Part shown: positions 28,120-39,894 of the stretch, piece by piece
Layout of the letters: the number at the start of each line of letters is the position of its first letter
How positions within the stretch are numbered: position 1 is the first letter of the stretch
Assembly (NCBI GenBank): GCA_964187785.1
Contig: OZ076413.1
Coordinates: 47,804,001-47,868,000, forward strand
Length of the DNA: 64,000 nucleotides
Direction: 5' to 3'
From: Amphiscolops sp. MND2022
Lineage: Eukaryota
Notes under the pieces: model-generated
The model's database searches: none
Seen by the model: the letters and a program-made list of their open reading frames with translations, nothing else
What the model was told of the DNA's origin: nothing
Made by a program: the position numbers and the translations under genes

Positions 28120-31100
28120 ATGGCAACACTGCCGACCACGCCATCAACGTCTCGTCGAACGACACCAGCGAAAGTCCCATGCGGCCAAGGTTCGATAACA
28201 ATTTTTTTGTGATCAAGCTGTAACGTAATCAAGCTGTAACTTTTTTTCACGGAAAAGTTTAATCTGACATATGGCATTCCTTTTAGGCACTTGTGACGTT
28301 GTGGACAAGCTGTCCAACATCCTACGCCACCGCAAAGTCTGTCCCCGAATGCCACGAGAGCAGTTCAAGCTCATGGAGAGAACGTGCCAGCTCTGCGGCC
28401 AGATCATTTCCGCCAAAAAACTGCTGAAGAAGCACTACAATACAAAGTATTGTAAGGAGCAGCAAAAGCGGAAAGCAGAAGGCCTGCCTACCCGAATGTA
28501 CCAGTACGGTTAGTCATTACAATGTATGTTAAAAATTGATCGACTTGTAACATTTTAAACTCAATGATTTTGAAAAAAAAGTCTAGGTCTCAAACAAAAA
28601 GTGTGCTTTTATTCATGTAACTTCTATGTTACAGCAGCTGCAAAAGGCTTGACGCGGAGGCCTAACTTATGCTACGGCAGAGGTTGTGGCAAGTCATATG
28701 TTTACCCTTATGACTTGCGCGTGCACCTTTTGAAGAATCCTCAATGCCAGGAAGGAGCGAATGTGAGTGCCTGTCCTATTTTTTTCTCTTTAAGAACACA
28801 TGTTGAATGATTTGATTGACCATTTAACTCTCGAAACGCCGTGTTTTAAACGGTGACAATGTGACTGGAACTCCGAATGAGTCATTTTATCGTGGCAACT
28901 GTTTAGGCTGCAGTATCTTTGGGCTCCGATTCGTCTACTAGTAGCAACACTGACGAGCGATTCAGGCCAGAAGATTTCAACCACATTCCTTCTGATGTGT
29001 TTGGGTCTGATGGATTTTTCAAGTTCGCGATGGATGTGCCCCTCGACTACAAGTTTCCTGTAGCTCAATGGGAAGGCAACGTTGACGACCATGTCGTCAA
29101 ATTCAATTCCCTGATGAGACACAGTGTGCCTCTGTTGTGGCGTGGAGGTGTCAACCATTGCCATGGTTTGAAGCTGCCTCAAGTGGAAGAACTCGCTTTC
29201 ACTGAAGTTGTCCAACAGCTTCTAGTCCCCCAGAAGCTACAAGCAAGTGCAGCAACCATCAATGTCAAGTCGGCAAAACTTGGAGAAGTAAGTCTTTGGT
29301 AGAATTACTTTCAATTTGAAGCTTGTTTTTTTCGTAAAATATCTGGAACAACTGCAATTTGATCCCTGTCGTGAGCTCATTTTCCAACTTGGACAAGTCT
29401 TTGGTAGAATTACTTTCAATTTCAAATTTTCAAGTAATGCTTCAAGTTGAACCTGTATTTTTCGTAAATATCGAACAACTGCAATTTGATCCCTGTCGTG
29501 AGCTCATTCTCCAACTTGGGCAAGTTGAATTTGTCGAACAACTGCATTTGAACTATTCTAACCATGAGAAAGTTGTCCGTCTTATTCCCGTCTTAGTCAC
29601 TTTATGATCATTTCATTTCAGAGTCGTGACCTCAGTCTCGACGAGTTCAAGCAGGAGCTCATCAACGCCGACAGAAGCAGCGTTTACTATCCTTTAAACG
29701 CTATAGACATCGCCATGCAGCCAAAGGTAAACAACATTGAATGAGCTCCTTTGATTTGATGGAAAACGCAAATCCACTGAAAAACGACTTTTCTTTTATT
29801 GTTTTCCCCAACCCCCTGTTTGCTAGTAGTTGCGTACAAATTGGACTTTGAGGATTTTATTCAACATAATGCACATTGTTTTGAAACAACTTCAACTTAT
29901 ATTGATTTTTTTGTCTTTTCAGTCCATCTACAGCGTGCCAACGATGATAAAAAAGTCGTCAGTGAACCACCTTGTGGACGAGCTGGTCAGTACGTCAGCA
30001 GAACCGTTCTCAGTAGCGACTTCATACTACTTGCTGATCTCCAACGATGGTTGTCAAACAACTTGGCACACGGACTTCAGTTCAACATCTGTCTTTTATA
30101 CAGTCTTGACTGGGTCCAAGACCTTCTTTCTGGTTGCGCCAACTGAAAACAACATGAAGTTGTTCAATGCCTGGTCCAAACAAGAATCCGACGACATGTG
30201 AGTTGAATTTTTTCACCAAGGAATTTCAGCTTTTGTGTTCATCTATTTTTGTATTTTTGCATCATTTTGCATCACGGGCCATCATTTCCGTACGTGTTTT
30301 CATTGTATTTGCGAAATTTTCAACTTTCAATGCACTATATTGTTTTTGCATCGCCGAATATTTTAAGAATAGTCGCTTAGAGTTCCAACAGTTTTCGTTT
30401 TAGGCCAACATTTTTTGGATGCCACAAAAGACTGGAGGGGGGTTGCCTCAGGGTTACTCTTAATCCGGGCGACGTTTTCGCCATGCCGTCTCAGTACATC
30501 CATACAGTCCTCACAAGTGGAGACTCTGTGGCAATAGGGACGAATTTCCTTTCAGAAGGTCATTCGAACCAGTTCATAAAGGCGATCATTGAAGAAGACT
30601 CCATCAGGGAGCATGAGAAGTTTCCGGGCATGTTGGAAATGCTAGCTATTTTGATGCTCAAAGCATCAGAGAGATGCATGATAACTCCGGACTTCCTTCG
30701 TCTTCACAGAGCCATTGAGAATCGATATCAAGAAAGTGAAGCTGTTGCTGTGAGTTGTATTTTTTAGTTCACAATCGTTTAGAATCAAACTAAGTTATCG
30801 AATTAAGTATTTGTATAATGAAGCCGTGTTGTGACTCACAACAGGGACCAAAACTGAAATTGGTAATCATAATGAATAATGTTGATGATGACGTTGTGGC
30901 TCACGACAGGGACCAAAATTAAAGGTGGTAATGATTACCAATTTTAATTTCGGTCCCTGTCGTGAGCCACAAGGTCATCATCAACATTATTTGTTGATGA
31001 TCAACAAAGTTGATCAAATAGCTTGGTGAGTTATCACGAGTTTTGTTTCAGATTTGCCCCGAATTCAGCAAGGAGAGACTCGTTTACAATATTTGCTCGC

Positions 31101-31678
31101 GCAAAGACTTCGTAAACGATGTTCATGTCACCGCTTTCACGGAAACGGCCTCAAAAAGGGCATATCTTCTTTGCCCCAAGCCTTGCTTCAGAAGGAGGAA
31201 CTGGTTTACAAACGAGGACGGCGTGAGGGTCCCGAAGGAAGCAATTTCTGAGGAGCGCCTCACTTTCTTGTGCCGAAGACCTGATGTTGACGAGCCGAAT
31301 CGTGATGTTTTGATCAGCTATGAGGAAGCCATCACGTATGTGCACCCGCGACCGTCACAAACAGTCAGAGCTTTGCACAAAATGCCGAAAAGAAAAACCC
31401 TCGTTCAAGACCGTGGTAAGTTTGCTTATTTTAGTTACATCCTGGTTGTTTCGTCTTAGTATACATAGTGGTAATGTAAGTGATGATATTCAAAACTGGT
31501 CACCTGGTTGAACATCCGTAAGGCTTACATTTGATTTTCTTATTTCCTAAAAAGACTTCAAAATGAAATTAATGGAGTGGTAATCGAATTCAATGTTTTT
31601 GTTTCAGAATTCAGACCATCTACTGATCGTTACGTTGCTTCGATCATGAGCCACCATGTCCCTGCATACAGCTTGTAG
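28120..31678 (+). CDS. Triple C2HC zinc finger + JmjC (KDM2/KDM7-like) demethylase-type protein, 9 exons, 653 aa
   Basis: GT-AG exons 28120-28189, 28287-28508, 28635-28762, 28907-29287, 29622-29726, 29923-30197, 30404-30749, 31052-31415, 31608-31678 join into one open frame; YYLLISNDGCQTTWHTDFSSTSVFYTVLTGSKTFFLVAPT and MPSQYIHTVLT...IGTNFL retain the H-x-D...H triad. Confidence 0.9.
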
Positions 31679-31846
31679 TTGCGTACAGACTGAGTTGTGC
31701 TTAAGAAGTTCTCGATCATTGTTAACTTAACATGTTGAACTTTCTTGTCTCCGAGTTATTTGTTGTGCTCAGTAAGTTGTACACTGTGGCTCGGTATAAA
31801 CTTGTAGCTTGAAAAACTGCTCTAGATTTTTCGAATGACCGTCAAC

Positions 31847-32206
31847 CAGGGGTGTTAAATATTGCATTGCAATACTATTGCAATACTAATAAAACAATCT
31901 TTTGTTATTCTGAATTTTGTTGAAACAATAATTGCAATTATTGTGTCTATGAAAAAGATTGTTTGAAAAACCAATCAAATCAATTTGTTGATCAAATTAC
32001 CATCCGAAAATTGTTCGTTGATCATTATTAGTTTGACTGAAATATCCGTCAAATTGGAAGTATTTGGCACCCAACTCATGTCTCCGAATTCTTTCCTTAT
32101 TGTGAAAAATCAACAATGTATTGTATTTGATAACGTTCTGAAAATAATTATTGTATACAATTTTATTGCAATTATTGTGACCTAGAATTATTTTTTAACA
32201 CCCCTG
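31847..32206. mobile_element. hAT MITE
   Basis: TIR CAGGGGTGTTAAA...TTTAACACCCCTG; perfect 8-bp TSD ccgtcaac. Confidence 0.92.
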
Positions 32207-33538
32207 CCGTCAACAACCTGGTATTTTTTGTTCATAGCAAATTCAGCAAAACATTCAGCAAATTATTACGGCAAAGTCCAATTACCTCATAGTCTAGTTA
32301 AAATCTTTATTTTAACTAATCATTTCACGGTAAAAAAAATTGTTGTTGACCATTATTCAATTATTAGGTTACTATTCATTCAATAAGTTAATGTGTACAA
32401 TTTACCTTCGATTTATAGTGCATTCAAAGTTTGTACAGCCTTGATCGTTTGTAAGTTTGTAATGTTCTGAATTGTATCAACTGTGTTTTGGACAATTACT
32501 GTCGGAAATGTCGAGTAGTTGTTCCCAAAAAAAGAGGGACATCTACCGTCGGAAATATCGGGTGGTTGTTTCCAAAAAAAATATCAAATACCGTCAAAAT
32601 CAATCATTGATGGCCGCCGGAAATCATCGGGTCATCGGAAGGGAGTTTCCAATTAACTTCGCCTTTGTGCTCCCTTGCATCGTATGTTTTCTCTTTCAGT
32701 ACAGGCCGAGTATGAATAATAGAAGCAAAAGCCTCTTTGTTAAGGAGCAAAACAGTGTTTAAGGTTGTTTAAGAATAGAAAAACGGTCAAACGTCCCAAT
32801 TCAGATTCAGTTGTCTGTAACTTTTTCAATTTTCGTCTGAAAAATTTCAACGTTAAACTAATGTAAACTAGAAGAAAATTTAAGAATAGTTTCCTTCTGA
32901 CAATTTTACAAATTTTCAATCGATTCCGAAAAAATCGAGCCTGAAAATGCTCGGGGGGTGTTTTCCTAATCACAGTACTAGAGCTCTCAACCAATGAAAT
33001 GAACATGTGGGCATCAATTAGCCAATGATATCTATTCGTTCGTTCCGCCGGCGGCTGCTGTTTTTCAAAAGTTGATAAAAGTACTTCAAGTTGACTCAAG
33101 TTTGTTATGTTTGCTATAGACCAAGACTCAAGTTATTTTAATTATTCTTGACGCAGCTCGGAGAAGCAACATAAATACAGGTTACATTTTGATCCGTCGT
33201 GAGCAAATATAAAACAGAGTTGCTAAACCATATTTTAAGTTAAGTACCAGCTCTGAGAAACTGTCTCTGTTTTCAACCACAGTATCCTTCTTTTCTTAGG
33301 ATGTGTTTTCAGAAAGAAAACAACTTTCATTGAATATTGTATTTTGAATACAAAAATAGCACCAGTTTTATAATGGAATTTATGAACATTATAAAATCAC
33401 AAAAAAATAATTGAAAATAAAAAATTTATCTCTTGTAGAGCAAATAAATAATGAGTTTTGAAACTTTAAAGTTTCAAAAATAGTGGAAAAGTCGTTGAAA
33501 TCGTTTCAACGAAACTTCGAGTCCCTCGGGTTCAGACA

Positions 33539-33975
33539 TTATTTCAGCCTGAGCAGGCATCCTTGTTTCCTGCAGAGTGGGCACTTCACCCAAAGGGCAC
33601 GATCAGTGCTTTCCCTGTGAATCACAGTGATCAAAATTTTCGAACGATATCTAGAATGAGTTTGTTTTGTAACCACGTGTGTACCAAAAATTTCAGGAAT
33701 ACAAAAATGTAAAGGACACGCCTCAAAAAATTGATCAGTGAAAATTATCAGAAAGGAAAAGTGAAAACAGCTTCAATAACAATTTTTCAAAGCAAAGTTC
33801 TGTGAAACTTACCTCTCAAGCACTTTGATCCAGGCTTGACGGCACTGATTGCATATCGCGTGTTTATCATGGAGAATCCAAAAACGCGAAAAGATCTTCT
33901 CTCCACAGACAGCGCAAAGCATTTCCAGTTGGTTAATGTGTTTCAGGTGGTCAATAAGTACAATGATTTTTGAAA
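33539..33975 (-). pseudogene. Spliced RING-finger gene, 3' exons (5' part disrupted); not in the ORF track
   Basis: Exon ending 33813 (GTAAGT donor) + exon 33614-33539 (CAG acceptor): LCAVCGEKIFSRFWILHDKHAICNQCRQAWIKVLER ESTDRALWVKCPLCRKQGCLLRLK*. Confidence 0.78.
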
Positions 33976-35218
33976 AGATATATCAGTCTTGTCACACGGT
34001 TGTTTGAAGATCGAATGGCCAACAATCGGCCCGGGACATATAGAACACATCGTACGAAAGATTTGAACTTTATTTTGTCATTATCTTGTTTCTATGTACG
34101 AACAACTGGCTTTGTTTCATGACTTGACAACTTGCAAGTCCTTTTAATCCTTTCACTAAGTAACCACCTAGTTAATTTATAACCTCTGTACCTGTAACAA
34201 ATAACCGTCTCCACTTATTATTTGGTTTAGTAAACCAACGCGGTACTTCGGTAGTGCCACTTTCATTCATTTCAAAATAAGATGATAGTCAAGATGATTC
34301 TTTCATTTCAGTTATTATGTCGATATAATTGCATTTGTTTCAATGGTTTCAAAAAATGAAATAATTAATACTTTACAGAATTGAATGACGTACATATGTA
34401 TGTTTACAAAGTTTATGGAATTAACAAAGTTCATTCATTTATCACTACTAAAAAATTAATAACGTACATATGTGGTTTTGATCCCTGTCGTGAGCAACAT
34501 CAAGTTGTAACAAATAGTCTAACAAAGTTCATTCATTTATCACTACGAAAAAATTAATAACGTACATATGTGGTTTTGATCCCTGTCGTGAGCAACATCA
34601 AGTTGTAACAAATAGTCTATACGAATCTAAAACTCTGTTTGTGTCTAAAACTCTATCAATCTGAAATGTCTATTCCAAATCTCCAAGTACTTAAACGATT
34701 ATTTAATTACCACTGCAGTAAATTTAGAATTGAGGCGTGTTGAATAAGGACAACTGCCAGTGAAGGTGCCACAGGCTGTTCAGTGAAGGTTTGTCGAAAA
34801 CTGCTGAGAAGTGCTTACACCGTGTAAGCATTAATTAACACCATTAACACCGTGACGATTAATTAATTAATACTGCAGGAAAGGGTAGATTTGAGGCATT
34901 TTAATTATGACTATTCAAATTTTGTCGATAACCGCAGCAAAGTCCTTACACGATTAACTAATTACAATTACGAATTGAGGCTTTCTAATAATGATTTCTG
35001 ATATTCTGTCGAAAACTGAAAAGTCGATTCAGTCAAACCTTTTACAACGATACTGTCAACTTGCTTTCATATCTCTCGCAATCATCAACTTCTGTTTTCA
35101 TCAAATCTTAATTTCATAATCAACTTCTGAACTTGTCAAAAACAGCAAAGTCGAATCAGTCAATTCTTTCGCATCAATATTTTCAACCTTCTTCCTCTCG
35201 CAATCATCAATATCTATC

Positions 35219-35680
35219 ATGTTCGATCCCGCAGCAATGCCAATCAGGTCGTGTATTCGTCCAATAGATGAAATGATCTCAAACTGTGGACCACCACACA
35301 GAAAAAATGTGCGTTTTGCTGACTCAGCACCAATCTCGGACTCAACCACCAATCAACTTGAAGCAACTCCCACATATCCGAGAGCTTGGAGAATCAAAAG
35401 AAGGGCACCCATTCCTGAAACTCCAACTCCACTGGCACCCACTCTAATGCACCCACTCCACTCCACTGGCACCCACTCCGGGAACAAAAAAGCAGTCACT
35501 ACGGTAGGATCAAAAACAGTGAGGTTCTCTTTCATAGAAAGGGCTGTATCACCGAATGGAGAAGTATCAGAGTCAGTCATTTCCTTCAATGACTCGGAAA
35601 CCAATCCTTGTGACGAATACTGGAAACCTGGGGCTCTCGACGACAGGCCGTACATAATGAACTGCCGAACAACACGATAG
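35219..35680 (+). CDS. Hypothetical 153-aa Pro/Thr-rich protein
   Basis: ATG-initiated intact ORF with coding-like composition in AT-rich surroundings; no recognised domain. Confidence 0.4.
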   Translation: MFDPAAMPIRSCIRPIDEMISNCGPPHRKNVRFADSAPISDSTTNQLEATPTYPRAWRIKRRAPIPETPTPLAPTLMHPLHSTGTHSGNKKAVTTVGSKTVRFSFIERAVSPNGEVSESVISFNDSETNPCDEYWKPGALDDRPYIMNCRTTR

Positions 35681-35761
35681 AATTTAAAGTTATTATTCTG
35701 CTCTTCTAGTACAGTTGACACAACTGTACTAGAAGAGCAGAATAGTAATTTTAAATGTAAC

Positions 35762-36127
35762 CAGGGCTACCGAAAAAATAATGGATCAAACCATTATCTT
35801 TGATAAATAATTTAATTCTAGTATATTTCCATTCAGAAAATTTATTTCTGTCATTCGAAAAATACCATAATTATTTCGGAATTTTCCATTATTTTAGAAA
35901 TAAAATGATCTACAAAGCAAATAAAGGCGACGCTACCACCAAGGCAGCTTGCCGTATGTAGGCTATTGTAAATTTCTAACATATGCAAAATTATTTCATA
36001 TAATTTAAAATTATGGCCATAATTTATTTATTTGAGAAAATATTGTTATTTATGGGCATTAAATCTAAAATAAATCTATAAATATAAAAATAATAAAAAA
36101 AACTAAAAGAATTTTTCGGTAGCCCTG
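35762..36127. mobile_element. hAT MITE
   Basis: TIR CAGGGCTACCGAAAAA...TTTTTCGGTAGCCCTG; perfect 8-bp TSD aatgtaac. Confidence 0.92.
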
Positions 36128-36186
36128 AATGTAACATCGGTTCTAAAATCATTTCTGAATGTGGACGAAACAGTTTGGCTTCAGTA

Positions 36187-36557
36187 CAGGGGTGTTCATT
36201 ATTGTATTGTAATTTAAATCTAAGCCTACGAAAATCAAAAATTCAATTTTCCACAAAAATCAATAATTGAAATTATTGTGCTCAAAAACAAACTGATGAA
36301 GAAACTTAAATTGCTCTGCGAACTTTGAAAGTTTCTTTCTATAATAAGTCATCATAAATCTCGCTCGAGAGGATTTTTTTCAAGTAACCAACTTTTTCGA
36401 TTTGTTAATGTTACACTGCAATTAATAATTTCCCCCACAGGATTACGAGCAATCAATAATTGTTGGAAAACAGAGACGTAAAATCAATAATTGTAATTGT
36501 TTAACTTAAATTGAATTGCAATAATTGTTCTTTGCAATAATTAATTGAACACCCCTG
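36187..36557. mobile_element. hAT MITE (same TIR type as 31847-32206)
   Basis: TIR CAGGGGTGTTCA...TGAACACCCCTG; perfect 8-bp TSD cttcagta. Confidence 0.92.
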
Positions 36558-36791
36558 CTTCAGTATCTCAGTATCGGATGCGAATTTTACCTCCGGGGTA
36601 AAATTCGCATCCGATACTGAGATACTGAAGCCAAAACTGTTTCGTCCAATCAGATTTTAGAACCAACCAACGAGTCGTCATCTGGAAGGACAAATTTTTC
36701 TGATGATCAACTTGCAAAGCGAACAAAAGATCGGTCGTCTCGACACGAACTTCTAGACCTATTACACAGTCTGAAATCCAACCTGTCAAAC

Positions 36792-38060
36792 TTGAAAGCG
36801 AATGGTCAATGTGTGAACAACTTCTTGACTCAAGGACGACCTTCGGTGGACGAAATTGAAGATCTTTCCTACCCACTTGAAGAATGGATGGAGGAAATTG
36901 AACCCTTGGTTTCCCACTTCAATGCCCAAAACTTGGCAACCCTCAGTGAGGAGAATTTGAAGCAAGAACAAAACAAATGCCTGGAACTTCAAGAAGTGGT
37001 TCAAGCTCAGATAATCTCAATTGGCAAGTTACAGAAGAATATGTTGAGGCCTTGTACAGTAGTGATATTATTAAAAGCAACAAAAGGCAAATCTCAAAAC
37101 CGAATATCTCTAAAACAGCAGCGATTTTTGAAAAATGATAAAGTGAAAGTTTCTTAGATTTTTATCTAGTTTAAAAATATGTTTGTTTGAAGACTATGTG
37201 ATGAAAATTGTAGAAGTTACGATAGGCCATTTTTAGCCAAATTTAGGTCAAAATTGAGGTTTTTCTCACTTTTGGGCTACTTTTCCCCAAAATTTTTGAA
37301 AAAATTTTTGTTCAATTGACCCCCCTAATTTAACTGAAGCTCCTGATATGTTTTGATTTAGAAATCATCTTAAAGTCGTAAAGAAAATGCGCTGTAAAAT
37401 TGAACTTTTTCGAAAATACATGTATTAAGATACGATTTTGAAATATAACCACTTAAAACAAGCTCGTACTAATACAATTTACAATATTTTTGAGAAAAAA
37501 TTATATTGTCAGATTCAAAATGTTTGGGAGAATTTTTCTGTTAAAATTGTTTTGAAATCAAAAAATTGTAAGTGGGTCAAAAATTCAAAAAACTAAAAAA
37601 TGATGTTTTGGAAATCGCTCTCGACCAATGAAATGAGCGCGTGAGACGTTATTTAGCCAATGAGATTTGTTTATTTGCTCTCTTTCCGCGTGCTTTGTTG
37701 CTTAATAATATAGTTGTTGTAGTAATAATAATATCACTACCGTACAAAACCATTCAAAACTCACAGATTCAGAACAGCACCCAAGATAACGAATCAGTGG
37801 CTAGTTTGAGCGACCGCGTGATCGGAATCATGAACAGATACAACGCCATTTCTTCCAACGTGGAGGAAAGAGCGCAACAACTGTATTTCGACATAGAGGA
37901 GTCCTTACAGGTATTGAGATTGTGATTGTTATGTATCCGAAGAAACTGAAAGAACAGCTGAAGAATCTATCGCAAGTTAGAACAAATCTGGAGGACACCG
38001 GTGCCGAAATTGACAAGATCAAGGCCAACGCTGAGCAAATGTTGAAGAGTATTCCTCACA
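36792..38060 (+). pseudogene. Spectrin-repeat-like gene fragment, split by a MITE
   Basis: LEEWMEEIEPLV...LKQEQNKCLELQEVVQAQ...LYKTIQ...LSDRVIGIMNRYNAISSNVEERAQQL once the 37057-37742 MITE is removed (one frameshift). Confidence 0.6.
37057..37742. mobile_element. Tc1/mariner-type MITE (TA TSD); related fragment at ~19069-19215 in an intron
   Basis: TA|CAGTAGTGATATTATTA ... TAATAATATCACTACCG|TA. Confidence 0.85.
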
Positions 38061-38449
38061 ATCGAATTTATTATTTCGAACAATATATTGTCAATTCATG
38101 ATATTATTCATTTATTAAATAAAAATATAATTGATATTATTCAATAAAAAATTAATAACGTACATATGTGGTTTTGATCCCTGTCGTGAGCAACATCAAG
38201 AAACGTTGTAACTGGAGTAACTATAAATTGAACAAGTAATTTTTGTCGGGCACAAATTCTAGCTGAGATTACAATTCTCAACGAAAAAAACTTTTGCCCA
38301 TTTTGATGTAGTTTTAAAGAGGCTCTCAGTTTGGGGATCACATAGTGTCGCCCGTAACAAGACCCACGACGCGAACGTGGCCTCTGAAGGGTCTCAAAAT
38401 CTAATTTACAAATTCTACAAAATTATACTAACTACACTTTTACAAAAAT

Positions 38450-38665
38450 TTAATTATACAAAATGCTATTTACAGGTAATCTACAGTAAGGACATCTAAC
38501 AAGGTCTGCACTCGCTAAACTATCTAAATAGTGTTTTATACACTCTCTACAAGCTAAATGTAATTTATGTTCTAGGTGAAAACTTTGTAAATCTACTATT
38601 CTAAAGTTTTCGTAGCAGATAATGCATTCTTTATTCTTCGAAGCAGCAGCTTTCTTCACCCTCAT
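38450..38665 (-). CDS. RING-finger protein (C-terminal exon or fragment)
   Basis: CIICYENF...HLEHKLHLACRECIKHY...VRCPYCR. Confidence 0.78.
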   Translation of the reverse strand: MRVKKAAASKNKECIICYENFRIVDLQSFHLEHKLHLACRECIKHYLDSLASADLVRCPYCRLPVNSILYN

Positions 38666-39654
38666 CGATTGGGCTATTCAGAATGTTGGCTGTTGATTTA
38701 GAATGGCGAAAGGATAGAAGGAAGAATAAGAATAAGAATGAAATTTTAAAGACTTGTAGAGATTTTAGAGATTTGTATAGAGCGAGGGAAGAAATGAGTG
38801 ACAAAATGAAAGACTTCACGAAAAAGTTTCAATTTCGTAAATCCTTTCACGAACCATGCCGGGACTGAACGAAATTTTCACCGATACCGAACACCTGTGA
38901 CGTCATAATTAACTGTATTGCATTTCTGATGCGCGCTAACCTTTCAGCTATATCGCCTTGAAAGAAATCAATTACCATTCGCAAATGTTGAAGAGTCACT
39001 CTTCAACATTTGCGAATGGCCCATTCCCGGGGAATTGATTCCTTTCAAGGCGATATAGCTGAAAGGTTATAATAAATAAAAATAAATAAAAATAAAAATA
39101 AATGAATTAAAATATACAAATTATGAATTCGATTGTGAGGATTCATGATATTATTCATTTATTCAATCGATTAAAAATTAATTGATGTTTATTGATATTA
39201 TTCAATAAAAAATTAATAACGTACATATTTGGTTTTGATCCCTGTTGTGAGCAACATCAAGAGAAGTTGTAACAAATAATCTATACGAAGTTGAAACTTT
39301 ATCAAACCGAAAACAGTAGTTTATGGAATACCGATCTTGAATTATTGAACTAAAAACGAAGTTTGGCCCATGTGCCTTATCCTCCCTCAGATAAATACTG
39401 TTTCTTATCCAACAACACCCCCCCCCCATCCAAGACTTCCCAAACAAATGAAAGTAGGTCTCATAATGAAGGGGCGGTTGCTTCATTGAACTTGGTAATT
39501 TTGGTCCCTGTCGTGAGCACTTCCTGTAGTCAGATTTACTGTTTATGCGATTTGATACTGTGTAGGCGAATCAAGCAGTGTAGTTACGAGTCGGCGTGTG
39601 TAGCTCACCAGTAAAAACCCGTAATTGCCAGAACTATGTGTAAATATGAGATGC

Positions 39655-39892
39655 ACAGTGTAGTTAGTCAAATTGCTTAAACTAGTCATATGGTGTAAGC
39701 TAGTCAATTACTGTACTATCCAATGGTGTAAACTAGTCAACGTACGTAGCAAAATCAACGAGTGTAACGGCCTATCAATGCGCGTAATGTGAGAAAAGTG
39801 TAAAACTTCCAAAAAAAATATTCGCGCTCTGATTGGACAAAAATCGAACTAGCAGGATCCTGCTAGTTCGTACCGGCATGTGTATCGTAATG
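39655..39892. repeat. Right terminus: subterminal repeats, 26-bp perfect palindrome and TIR
   Basis: TAGTCAA-like repeats at 39661-39740; GTAGCAAAATCAACG shared with the left end; palindrome cgaactagcaggatcctgctagttcg (39845-39870) abuts the TIR. Confidence 0.85.
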
Positions 39893-39894
39893 CA

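Noticed and set aside
32472..33099. Additional cargo genes
   Set aside because: Short overlapping ORFs with non-ATG starts and no recognisable motif or consistent splice model.
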